Assembly (NCBI GenBank): GCA_963702475.1 | Contig: CAVPCT010000004.1 | Span: 352,001-416,000 of the forward strand | Source of the DNA: an uncultured Thermoleophilia bacterium | Lineage (GTDB): Bacteria > Actinomycetota > Thermoleophilia > UBA2241 | Length of the DNA: 64,000 nucleotides | Direction: 5' to 3' | Shown: positions 52,036 to 61,158 of the stretch, in pieces | Position numbering within the stretch: position 1 is the first letter of the stretch | How the letters are laid out: each line of letters begins with the position of its first letter | Translations under genes and position numbers: made by a program | The notes under the pieces: generated by a model | The model's database searches: none | Told to the model about the DNA's origin: nothing | The model's input: only the letters and a program-made list of their open reading frames with translations

Positions 52036-52975
52036 TCAGTCGATGACCGGCGGCAGGACGAACTCCTTCTGACACGCGCCATCGCCGCGGCCGGCAGCGA
52101 CTCCCACGCGCGGCCAGGACGGCCAGCCCCGCGATGATCAGCGCCATGCCCGCACCCTCCGTCGCCGTCGGCGCCTCCTTGAGCTGGATCCAGGCGGCGA
52201 TGACGCCGACCACGGGGACCGCGAGCGTGCCCATGCCGGCGGCCCCCGCCGGCAGGCACCGCAGAGCGAAGACCCAGAGCGACCAGCACACCGCGTTGGT
52301 GAGCAGCACGGCGTACAGCAGGCACGCGACGAAGCTGCCCGTCCAGGTGGGCCAGCCGCCCTGGGTGAGCACGGCGACGGCAACGAGCGCCAGACTGCCG
52401 ATGCCGAGCTGCCAGGCGGCGAGGGTCAGCGTGTCCTGGTGGGCGTGTCCCTGCAGACGCTTGACGAGCAGGGATCCTCCCGCCCAAGAGAGCCCTGCGG
52501 CGCAGGCGAGCGCCCCGCTGAGTGCGCCGCTGAGGTTCCAGGGCCCGACCACCAGGACGAGCCCGGCGAGGGCCAGCGCGACGGCCGGCCACTGGCCTCC
52601 GCGCAGGCGCTCGCCGAGTACGGGCCATGCCAGCAGCAACAACCAGAACGGCATGGTGTAGACGAGCACCGAGACCTTGCCCGCGCCCCCGACGGTGAGC
52701 GCCAGGGTGGCCAGTCCGTTGAACAACGTCGTCTGCAATAGGCCGATGAGCGCAGTGCATCCGAGCGGCGGCGGCCGCAGCGGCCGCCGCGTGACGGCCA
52801 GCAGGACGAACAGGCAGCCCGCTCCGAGCCCCGAGATGAGCGCGGCGAACGTGAACGGGTCTGAGTACTCCAGTGCGACCTTGCTGACCACCCAGCCGTA
52901 CCCCCAGATGGGGGCGATCGTAGCCAGGGCGAGGATGCCGAGATCACGGCCGTGTGAGGATCGTGAGGACTCCAT
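52036..52975 (-). CDS. EamA/DMT transporter (probable frameshift near 52105)
   Basis: 'IWGYGWVVSK', 'YTMPFW...LGER', second repeat 'PVVGV..AW..LKE'; leaderless TAGGAT-6nt-ATG; natural-looking tail ...FVLPPVID* in the shifted frame. Confidence 0.85.
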
Positions 52976-53345
52976 CGGTCAATCCTAGTTGACGCGGCCC
53001 CACAGGGTCGGCTCGGCGGATGCCGGCGGCGGCGCCACGAACGCCCGTCGTTGAGCTCTCTTCCGTCGCTGACAGACGCGCGAGCCTGAGACCCTGGCGC
53101 CGGGGAGTAGCGGGCGCAGGGGCGCGACGGGTGAGCGAAGCGGTGAGAGAGAGGCGTTGTGGAGATCGGGTGGACACGAGAGAAACGGACTACGGGTGGT
53201 GCGGTCGCATTGCCTCCCGGGAGGGCATAGTGCCACGGATGTGAGCCCCTCACGGTTTGTTGCGGATCACAACCATCGTTGAGAGTCTGGGGATGGTGTC
53301 GATGGGTGGGGGAAGGGCCGCGAGCTTGAGTCCCGCGTACGGCAA

Positions 53346-53379
53346 GAGGGCGGGGCGCTGAGGAGCGCGCCCCGCCCTC
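53346..53379 (-). terminator. Hairpin downstream of htrA
   Basis: GAGGGCGGGGCGC...GCGCCCCGCCCTC perfect 13-bp stem. Confidence 0.65.
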
Positions 53380-53439
53380 GATGGTGACGACCCAGGCTAC
53401 CTCGCCTGTGCGGCGGCCGTCACCTCAGCCTGAGGGGTG

Positions 53440-54666
53440 TCAGAGGTTCGCCGGCCGCGAGGTCAGCGTGGCCTGTACGTCGCTGGTCGAGTCGCCGCTG
53501 AGCACAGTGAGGGTGACGGTGTCGCCCGGCTTGTGCGCGTTGATGATGGCGATGAGGTCCTCCATGCCGGCGACCTGCTCGCCGTCGATGGCGGTGATGA
53601 TGTCGCCGCCGGCCGTGAGTGTCTGCCCCTGCAGCTGCGACTGCCGGGAGCCACCCTTGAGGCCGGCCTTCTCGGCCGGGCTGCCCTGCGTGACCGCGGC
53701 GACAAGCACACCGCTCTCGACCTTGAGGCCCAGTGCGCTGGCCACGTCGGCGGTGATGCTCTGGCCCTGGATGCCGAGCCACGCATAGGTCACCTTGCCG
53801 CTGCTCTTGAGCTGCTCGAGGACGCTCTTGGCGGTGTTGATCGGCACGGCGAAGCCGAGGCCCTCGTTGCCGCCGGACTTCGTGGCGATCTGCTCGTTGA
53901 TGCCGATGACCTCGCCGCGGGAGTTGAACAGCGGGCCGCCGGAGTTGCCGGAGTTGATGGCCGCGTCGGTCTGGATGCCGTCGGGGATGACGGAGCCGTT
54001 GGGCGACTCCAGGTTGCGGTTGACGGCGGAGACGATGCCGGACGTGACGGTGAAGTCGTAGCCCAGCGGGTTGCCGATGGCCACCACGGGCTCCCCGACC
54101 TGTACTGCGTCGGAGTCGCCGAGCGTCAGGGCGAGCAGCTGCGGCGCCTTGGCCGGGTCGATCTTCAGAAGCGCGACGTCGCTGGTCTCATCGACGCCGA
54201 CGATGGTGGCCGGGACCTTGGTGGAAGCGGAGCCCTCCACGTCCTTGAACATCACGGACACGGAGCTGGCGCGCGTGCCGTTGTCCTCCACCACGTGAGC
54301 GTTGGTGAGGATGTAACCGTCGGTGGATACGACGAAGCCCGAGCCGAGCGCCTGGGCGGAGCCCGAAGACGGCTGCTCGAAGGGTGACATCTGCTCGCTC
54401 TGGACGCCGGAGAACGTGGCGAAGACCTCCACCACCCCGGCCGAGTACTGCTGGTAGATCTGCGCGGGGGTGAGGCCCTCGCCGGTCACGGTGGCGGTGT
54501 TCAGCGCCACGGTGGACGTGGATGCGGCGGGAGTGGCGGTGCGTACGACGGTCTCCGTCGAAGCCGTCAGCGGTACGATGCCCGCGGCGACGAGGACGAC
54601 GAGGACGAGGGCGGTCACTGCTACGCCGGCCAGGAACATCCAGGCTGCGGAAGCTCTCTTGGTCAT
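53440..54666 (-). CDS. htrA: HtrA/DegP serine protease with PDZ domain
   Basis: N-terminal TM, 'GSGF', 'LTNAHVV', 'DVALLK', 'IQTDAAINSGNSGGPL', PDZ 'GSPAEKAGL..GDII'. Confidence 0.95.
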   Translation of the reverse strand: MTKRASAAWMFLAGVAVTALVLVVLVAAGIVPLTASTETVVRTATPAASTSTVALNTATVTGEGLTPAQIYQQYSAGVVEVFATFSGVQSEQMSPFEQPSSGSAQALGSGFVVSTDGYILTNAHVVEDNGTRASSVSVMFKDVEGSASTKVPATIVGVDETSDVALLKIDPAKAPQLLALTLGDSDAVQVGEPVVAIGNPLGYDFTVTSGIVSAVNRNLESPNGSVIPDGIQTDAAINSGNSGGPLFNSRGEVIGINEQIATKSGGNEGLGFAVPINTAKSVLEQLKSSGKVTYAWLGIQGQSITADVASALGLKVESGVLVAAVTQGSPAEKAGLKGGSRQSQLQGQTLTAGGDIITAIDGEQVAGMEDLIAIINAHKPGDTVTLTVLSGDSTSDVQATLTSRPANL

Positions 54667-54736
54667 GGTTCCTCCTCTGGGACAAGGTGCCTGCGAGGAG
54701 TCTGACCACGCAGTCTTGGGTGACGCTGTGGTGAAC

Positions 54737-54753
54737 CTGAGAGGAGGCTGAGA
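54737..54753 (-). promoter_or_regulatory. MprA-type OmpR-family box TCTCAG-N5-TCTCAG
   Basis: Minus strand TCTCAG-CCTCC-TCTCAG about 70 nt upstream of htrA; mycobacterial MprA binds this tandem repeat at htrA-family pepD. Confidence 0.7.
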
Positions 54754-54812
54754 ATCCGGGTCCCGGCGTGCGGGCGTCGCGCACCTGTCGCCGCGACGGG
54801 AGGCCGCGCCTG

Positions 54813-56027
54813 TCAGGGCGCGCTGCCCTCTTGGTGATCGTCGGAGTCGGACCGGGATGCCGCCGATCCCCTGTGGTCGCCGTCCATCGTGCTGCCACCC
54901 ATGTCGTGCGAGTCCGCCTCGCCCGCCCGCGTAGCCCTCGTCGCAGCGCCGCCTCCGACGTGGGACGTCAGGGCGGCTCGATGCTCGGACGACGAGGGGT
55001 TCATTAGGACGCCGTCGGATGCGGCGTGGATCTCGCCCGCGCCGGAGTGCTTCTCGCTCGCCGAGTGCGTCGCCAGACGCCTGTCGTGTGCCGGCAGGTG
55101 ATGACCGGCGAGGCGGTGCCGGGCGTCCCACGCGTGGTGCCGCACCGAGAGGACGTGGTCCGCGTCCGCGCCGGCGTGTCTGGCGGCAGCGGCGTGCTGC
55201 GCCGGCGGCGCCGGCGGGCCGGTGCGACGTGCCTCCTGCACGGCGACACCGCCGCCGACCACGAGCGCGGCACCGGCGCCCGCCAGGGCCGCCTTCGCCG
55301 CCAGCGAGGCGCCGATCGTGGCGAGCACGCTCGTTCCGGCCGGCCCTGAGGCGGACAGCGCCGCCGGCACGAGCTCGGCGCCGGTCGGGGCCGGCACTGC
55401 CGTCATGGGCGGGAGCGCGGGCAGCGCCCCGAGGGATGCCGGCAGCTGGAGCGGGGCCAGCACCGCAGCAAGGTTCGCGGGCGCCGCGGTGTCGCCGGCA
55501 AGGGCTGCATACGCGCGACGGAAGGCGGCCCGCGACCGGTGCACGAGCACGTCGGCCGCGGGCCGCGACACGTTCATCGCTTCGGCCAGCTCGACCGTGT
55601 CCAGTCCTTGGAGGTCCTTGAGCACCAGGGCCGTCCGGTAGCAGGCATTGAGCGCGCCCAGCGAGCGCTCGATGAGGGCAACGTCCTGCGCCTGCGCAAA
55701 GGCGTCGGTGCGACTGGGCAGGGCATCCGCATCGGCGAGGTCGTGCCGCGACCGGCGCGCACGCAACCGGTTGAGGCACCCGTTGGTGGCGACGCGGAGA
55801 AGCCATGCCCTCAGATGCACGTCGCGGGCCGCCGGAGGACGGGAATACGCGGTGAGGAAGACGTCCTGCGTCACGTCCCTTGCTTCGTCGCGGTCGAGAA
55901 GCAGCCGGGCGCAGAGGTTGTAGACGGCCGTGGCGTGGAGCTCGTAGACGCGCGCGAAGGCGGCGTGCTCGTGAGCACGCAGGCCGCGCGCGAGGTCATC
56001 GTCGCTGTCGTACCGGGGGGTGATCAC
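54813..56027 (-). CDS. ECF sigma factor with C-terminal TM segment and His-rich tail
   Basis: Sigma2 'ARDVTQDVFL...WLLRVATN', sigma4 'YRTALVLKDLQGL..ELAEAM', hydrophobic 'AAKAALAGAGAALVVGGGVAV', tail with ~17 His. Confidence 0.88.
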   Translation of the reverse strand: MITPRYDSDDDLARGLRAHEHAAFARVYELHATAVYNLCARLLLDRDEARDVTQDVFLTAYSRPPAARDVHLRAWLLRVATNGCLNRLRARRSRHDLADADALPSRTDAFAQAQDVALIERSLGALNACYRTALVLKDLQGLDTVELAEAMNVSRPAADVLVHRSRAAFRRAYAALAGDTAAPANLAAVLAPLQLPASLGALPALPPMTAVPAPTGAELVPAALSASGPAGTSVLATIGASLAAKAALAGAGAALVVGGGVAVQEARRTGPPAPPAQHAAAARHAGADADHVLSVRHHAWDARHRLAGHHLPAHDRRLATHSASEKHSGAGEIHAASDGVLMNPSSSEHRAALTSHVGGGAATRATRAGEADSHDMGGSTMDGDHRGSAASRSDSDDHQEGSAP

Positions 56028-56076
56028 CGCGCGTATCGGGTGCCTGCGCTGCTCTCTCTGCCGGCCGGAGTCGGCC

Positions 56077-56307
56077 TCAATCGTGGGTCTGGTGATAGTG
56101 ACTGCCGTGGTGATGATAGCCGCTCCGGTGATGAGAGCCGCCCTTGTGGTGCGCCTTGCGGTCGTGGTGGGAGCCGTGGTGTGAAGCCGTCGCCGCGTGG
56201 GTGGCCGGCGAGTGACCGCCCTGGTGGTGGCGCGGCCCGGCGGCAGCGCCGGCCGCGATCCCGAGCGCGAGGACGGCTGTCAGCAGGATGGTGAGCAGGA
56301 TCTTCAT
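56077..56307 (-). CDS. Small secreted His-rich protein (76 aa)
   Basis: RBS AAAGAGG; signal peptide MKILLTILLTAVLALGIAAGAAA; mature part has 18 His in ~53 aa. Confidence 0.8.
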   Translation of the reverse strand: MKILLTILLTAVLALGIAAGAAAGPRHHQGGHSPATHAATASHHGSHHDRKAHHKGGSHHRSGYHHHGSHYHQTHD

Positions 56308-56459
56308 CTGACCTCTTTCGTCGTGGTGAGACGGTCCGTACAGCCGTTCAACACACGAGGAGGTCGGTTCTAACACCCGCCGGCCGGCGGGCGGACGCGA
56401 AGAAGTGCTCGCGCCGGGCAGGAGCCGGCTCGGCTCAGGCTCGGCGCGGGCTCACGCGC

Positions 56460-56780
56460 TCAGAGGTCGGCCAGCTTCTGCAGATACTCGTCGCGGTCGA
56501 TCTCGCCGCTCGCGTAGCGACGCTGCACGATTTCACGCGGGGTCTCCTGTGGCGCGGAGCTTGCCGCGAGCTGCCGCCCGTCGCCGGCTGCCGCGCTTGC
56601 AGTCGCTGCACCCGCGGTTGCGGTGCCGGCCTGACCCGGCGCCGCCGTCGCCGCGAGGCGCACCAGATACACGATCAGTACGATCGAGATCGCGATCACG
56701 GCGATCATCCCGATGCCCATCGCCCAGCCTCCTCCGAAGAACCACCCGTGGTGCTGCCACGGTCCGTCAGACCACATCAT
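56460..56780 (-). CDS. SHOCT-domain membrane protein
   Basis: Met/His/Gly/Trp N-terminus, one TM, C-terminal 'REIVQRRYASGEIDRDEY'. Confidence 0.85.
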   Translation of the reverse strand: MMWSDGPWQHHGWFFGGGWAMGIGMIAVIAISIVLIVYLVRLAATAAPGQAGTATAGAATASAAAGDGRQLAASSAPQETPREIVQRRYASGEIDRDEYLQKLADL

Positions 56781-56877
56781 CGCCCGCTCCCGTCCATCTC
56801 GAGCCCGGATACGCTCTCCCGGGGTCCTACGGTCAGTGTCGCGCAGGCGGATGAAGGACGGGTGAAGGCCCTGTATG

Positions 56878-57306
56878 TCAGCCGGTCGGCTCCAGGACCA
56901 TCAGTCCCTCCGCCACGGCGGCGCGGTTGAGCGCCGCGTCGAACGACACGAAGGCGAGCTGGTCCTCGCCGGCTGCAGCGCGCGCCGTGAGCGCCCCGGC
57001 CAGCTGGACCGCGTCGAAGCCGCTGAGCCCGTGCCGAAAGGCGAGGGCGGCGGCGTGCTCCTCGTCGAGGTCGACGACCGCGGAGGCTCGCCAGTACGTT
57101 GTGATGTCGTCGGCGAGGAGTCGCGCCTCGGCTTGGGACAACTCCCCATGCCGCTGGCGGCGCGCCAAGGCCGCCACGGCCTCGGGCAGCGTCACACGCG
57201 AGAGCGCGATGGCGTCGGCGGCTCGCGCCCAGCGGCGGGTCTCCTCGGTGTGCGCCTCGTCGAGGAACAGCTTGACGACGCCGCTGGTGTCGAAGTAGGC
57301 GATCAC
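56878..57306 (-). CDS. vapC: PIN-domain toxin (VapC-like)
   Basis: 'YFDTSGVVK...E', 'LSGFDAVQLA', 'FVSFD..L'. Confidence 0.88.
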   Translation of the reverse strand: MIAYFDTSGVVKLFLDEAHTEETRRWARAADAIALSRVTLPEAVAALARRQRHGELSQAEARLLADDITTYWRASAVVDLDEEHAAALAFRHGLSGFDAVQLAGALTARAAAGEDQLAFVSFDAALNRAAVAEGLMVLEPTG

Positions 57307-57596
57307 TCGCCGTGGCGCATGTCGAGCACGGTCTTGGAGAGGGGCTCACCCGGGATCTTGACGGGCGGGCCATCGGGCACGGGCGGCTTGCTCCCGGACC
57401 ACCTGACCATGCCGCTCGCCATCAGTCGCCGGAGGGCCTCGTGCTCATCCCCCGGTTGGCTGATGACGGCGATCTCACGCCCCCGGTCGGTGACGTGCAC
57501 CGTCTCGCCGGCCTCGACCAGACGCAGGTAGTAGCTCAGCCGGGCCTTCAGCTCTCTGATGCCGACCGTGGTGATTGTAACCTCATTCTCGGTCAA
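57303..57596 (-). CDS. Phd/YefM-family antitoxin
   Basis: 'VGIRELKARLSYYLRLVEAGETVHVTDRGREIAVI'; GTGA overlap with the toxin. Confidence 0.88.
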   Translation of the reverse strand: MTENEVTITTVGIRELKARLSYYLRLVEAGETVHVTDRGREIAVISQPGDEHEALRRLMASGMVRWSGSKPPVPDGPPVKIPGEPLSKTVLDMRHGE

Positions 57597-57721
57597 TACG
57601 TGGCTACATCAGACTACGCTCGGGATTGGGTGGAGGCAAGGGTGACATTGCCGGCGCGACGGACATGAGATGTGCCGAAGGCCGCAAGGGCGTCGGGTCC
57701 GCAGACTGGAATGGTGCGACC

Positions 57722-58698
57722 ATGGACCCCGTCGAGGCTAACCTCGCTGAGTTGCGTGACATCCGGGCCTCCGGGGCCGCTGTTCCGGAGACCTCAGGGT
57801 ACGGCGCGCTGGCAACGCTGCTGACCGAGGTGGGCGGCAAGCTCAAGCCCAAGGTCCGCTGCCTCATCAACCTGCAGAACGCGGCCGCCGGCATCCCGGA
57901 CGGTGGCCTGTTCACGGCGAACCAGTTCCCGAAGGGCTCGCGCGCGACGGAACCGCTGGGCGCCCAGCTTCCCGCGCGCGGCGCCATCGAAGTCAAGCCG
58001 GTCGGCGGCGACGCACACGCCGTGGCTGAGAGCGAGCAGGTGCGCCGCTATCTTGAGAAGTACCGCCAGGTGCTCGCTACCACGTACCGCGAGTTCGTGC
58101 TGGTGGGCTTCGATGCGGACGGGGAAGCGGCGAGCCTCGAGAGCTTCAGCCTCGCCGCCTCGGAGCAGGAGTTCTGGGCGCTCGCCGCGCATCCGGGCAG
58201 CGACGCTGCCCGGCTGGCCGGCGGGCGCCTCACCGACTTCCTCAAGCGCGTGCTGCTGCGCCCCGCGCAGATCGCCGCGCCCAAGGACCTCGCCTGGTTC
58301 CTCGCCAGCTACGCTCGCGAGGCCCGCGCCCGCGCCGAGGTGCGCGACCTGCCCAACTGGGTGAGCACGCGCAGGGCGCTCGAAGAGGCGATCGGCATGA
58401 GCTTCTCGGGCGAGAAGGGCGAGCACTTCTTCCGCTCCACGCTCGTGCAGACGCTCCTCTACGGCCTCTTCGCCGCGTGGGTCTTCTGGGCCGAGCACCA
58501 TCGGCCCCCGACGTGCAGGCGCGCTTCCGCTGGCGTGAGACGGCCGGCTACCTGCACATCTCCATCCTGCAGAGGCTGTTCTACGACTTCAGCAACCCGG
58601 GCGCCCTCGGGGTGCTGCACATCGATGAGGGTGGCGAGACGGAGGCCGGGCTGACCCGTTTGGAGGATCGGGTCCGGCAGGGCAGCGCTCCCGTCTGA
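57722..58698 (+). pseudogene. Truncated single-polypeptide restriction-modification enzyme (type ISP/IIL-like N-terminus)
   Basis: PD-(D/E)xK-like 'GIPDGGL...IEVK...QVRRY', 'HFFRSTLVQTLLYGLFAAW'; frameshift near 58508; ends before any MTase motif. Confidence 0.7.
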
Positions 58699-58702
58699 CG
58701 GC

Positions 58703-59242
58703 TCATACGCGGCCGAATTGACGCAAGGACCCTGCCGCCCAGGGGCGCGGACGCCGGAGGTCGGGGGCCAGCTCGCACAGGAACACCACTCTGTGGCCGC
58801 CGGCGCCGGCGTAGTCCACGTTCACGGGGACCCCGTCGTCCACCACATCGCCGTGCTGCAGCCGGAAGCCCATCGCTTTGTGGAAGGCGATCGAGTCATG
58901 GTTCGCGGGCGAGGTGACGCTTCTCGCCCACCCGCAGCCGCTCATCGACGCGGCGGCGAAGAACGCCTCGTACAGGCGCCGGCCGAGGCCCAGCCGCCTG
59001 TACGCGGGGTGTACGCCGACGAAGTGGATGTACGCCTCTTCAGGGTACGTCTGCGAGACGAACCCGAGCAGGAACGCGAGCAGCAGACCATCGTTCTCGA
59101 GCACAAAGCTCGTGGGCCGGAAGTGCGAGAAGAACACGTGAGAGAGGCGGGCGGCCATGGGCCGCCCGCCCCACCACTCGTCGACCACCGCCAGCACCCG
59201 GTCGTAGTCGGCTGGGTGCACGTGACGCAAGGGGCTGCTCAC
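58703..59242 (-). CDS. GNAT N-acetyltransferase
   Basis: 'EWWGGR', 'YIHFVGVHPAYRRLGLGRRLY', 'TSPAN..SIAFH..MGF'. Confidence 0.9.
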   Translation of the reverse strand: MSSPLRHVHPADYDRVLAVVDEWWGGRPMAARLSHVFFSHFRPTSFVLENDGLLLAFLLGFVSQTYPEEAYIHFVGVHPAYRRLGLGRRLYEAFFAAASMSGCGWARSVTSPANHDSIAFHKAMGFRLQHGDVVDDGVPVNVDYAGAGGHRVVFLCELAPDLRRPRPWAAGSLRQFGRV

Positions 59243-59430
59243 GTCGGTGCGCCGGACATGATCTCGTCTCCCTCCACGAACCACGCAGGACGGATCGAGA
59301 ACAGCATCCGGCAGCTCTCCGAACAGAACAGGTACGTCTTGCCTTCGAACTCGGTGCGTAGCAGGGCGCGGTCCTCGGTCACGTGGCGCCCGCACACCGG
59401 GTCGCGCTCCTTCCAGACGTTCTCGCTCAT
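59239..59430 (-). CDS. YHS-domain protein
   Basis: 'DPVCG..V...EGKTYLFCSESC..LF...P'. Confidence 0.85.
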   Translation of the reverse strand: MSENVWKERDPVCGRHVTEDRALLRTEFEGKTYLFCSESCRMLFSIRPAWFVEGDEIMSGAPT

Positions 59431-59522
59431 CGCAGCACCTCGGTGTCGGTCTGACGGACAGCTGCCGCAAGCGGGCCACCCACACGTTGACGCGCGTGTG
59501 TTCGACTCGTGTGTGCGTCGCG

Positions 59523-59990
59523 TCAGCAGTAGCCGCTCTCCAGACGCCAGCGAAAGCACGCGGCGATGTCGGCTCCGGTCCTCGCTGCGGCGTACCAGAA
59601 GGACGTGTCCGCACGCAGGGCGCCCGCGCCGCCGTCGTCCTCGAACAGCCCCGGGAGAGTGCGGCGAAGCGCCTCACGCCACGTCCATCCCTCGGCCGTG
59701 GCCCGGAGCCGGAAGAGTTCCCAACTCGTCCGCAGGCCGTGCACGGCGCGCAGGAGCTCGTCGAACGCCAGCGCCGCCTCTCGCTGCCGTACGAGCGACG
59801 TGAGAACGCGCCGCACCGAGGCGCCGTCGCGGCTCATGTCGATGTGGTACCGAGCGTAGACCGCCTCCGTCTGCCGGACCCGGTCGATCCATCGGGTGAG
59901 GTCCCGGGCGCGGTGCCGGAGCGCCGAAAGCGCCGCCCCGGAGTCACCGACCCGTCCGGCTGGACATGCCGCGGTGGCTCCCGTGCTCAT
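59523..59990 (-). CDS. Hypothetical protein
   Basis: RBS GGAGG, 155-aa frame upstream of the YHS-GNAT pair; family not recognised. Confidence 0.55.
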   Translation of the reverse strand: MSTGATAACPAGRVGDSGAALSALRHRARDLTRWIDRVRQTEAVYARYHIDMSRDGASVRRVLTSLVRQREAALAFDELLRAVHGLRTSWELFRLRATAEGWTWREALRRTLPGLFEDDGGAGALRADTSFWYAAARTGADIAACFRWRLESGYC

Positions 59991-60112
59991 GTCGCTCCCT
60001 CCGTTCGACTGACGGCATGATGCGCGACTGTCGTGAGCTTCACGTGAGGAGCGCATGTGCGCCGGCCCGCCCGTGCGGGGCAGGGCGGCCCGGCGCCGGC
60101 GTCTGGGGAGCC

Positions 60113-60454
60113 CTACCTCTTCGGCTTCTTCAGGGGCAGCGCGGCGACATAGGCGAGCGAGGAGGCCGCGACCTCGGCGCTCTCGGACTCACCGAGCCCC
60201 GGCGGCAGGGTCACGTAGCCCCCCATCGGCCGCTCCGCAGGACCGAACGGGCCGCCGCCGGCCGCCCGAAGGGCGGCGGCCTCCTCGTCCGCCAGCTTCA
60301 CGCCGACGTCGCTCCCGAACAGGCCCATGAACATGTTGCCGTTCACGAAAGCCCCCAGGTTGCCGAACATCGGCTTGACCGTGACGCGTGGGTCGTCGGG
60401 GACAAGTGCCGCGAAACGTGCGCGGTCCTCGTCCGTGGGTCTCGGCATCTTCAT
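60113..60454 (-). CDS. TfoX/Sxy N-terminal domain protein
   Basis: 'KPMFG...FVNGNMFMGL', 'RPMGGYV'. Confidence 0.85.
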   Translation of the reverse strand: MKMPRPTDEDRARFAALVPDDPRVTVKPMFGNLGAFVNGNMFMGLFGSDVGVKLADEEAAALRAAGGGPFGPAERPMGGYVTLPPGLGESESAEVAASSLAYVAALPLKKPKR

Positions 60455-60594
60455 GGTCGCCGCCCTTTCGTCGCCGTGGCTTTGACGTCGTGCCTGCCCC
60501 GGTCCCTCTGGGGTATCAAGGCTTGTGCCCGCAGCGAAGGCGTCCTACGCGACCGCCGCCGCCGACGCAAGACGGCCCGTCCGGCGGCTGCCGG

Positions 60595-61104
60595 TCAGGG
60601 GTGGTCGTCGCCTGCTGCCGGGGGGCGGCCGCCGAGCCTTGCGAGGCGCAGGTCCGAGAGCTGCACGGCGACACTCTCGGCCTCGGCGACGATCGCCGCC
60701 GGGTCGGCTCCGGTCTTCTCCGCCCCAGCAAGCACGTGCGCCACGGCCTCGTCGTACCTGCGCTTGAAGCGCTCGTTGAGCGCGTGCCAGTCGACACCGG
60801 CCAGCGGTGCGATCAGTGTGAGGTCGGCGCGCAGGCGCCCCAGCACGAGAAGCACGGCGACGATGGGGTACCCGGCGTAGCCCTGCCACCGCGAGCCGTT
60901 GTCGTCGGCGACGAACGCCGATCCGTCGGGGCTCCAGCGGACATGGTAGATCCTCGCGCCGTCGGACGAGGTCACGTGCGCTCTGCCGGGCTCGGACATC
61001 TCGACCCGGCCCGCCGCGACGGCGCTGAACGCCTCGTAGACCTTGACGAGCGGCGGTTGCTTCCAGGGCCTGGGCTGGTTCGGTCGGTGCCCTGCTGTGG
61101 CCAT
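60595..61104 (-). CDS. Conserved hypothetical protein
   Basis: 'WKQPP..KVYEA...VTSSDG..Y.V...DNGSRWQGYAGYP'; coding-like codon use. Confidence 0.72.
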   Translation of the reverse strand: MATAGHRPNQPRPWKQPPLVKVYEAFSAVAAGRVEMSEPGRAHVTSSDGARIYHVRWSPDGSAFVADDNGSRWQGYAGYPIVAVLLVLGRLRADLTLIAPLAGVDWHALNERFKRRYDEAVAHVLAGAEKTGADPAAIVAEAESVAVQLSDLRLARLGGRPPAAGDDHP

Positions 61105-61158
61105 GAGTCGAGTGTTCCCGTCCTGTCCCCGCCGCAGGCCCGCGAGGCCGCCGGTCGC

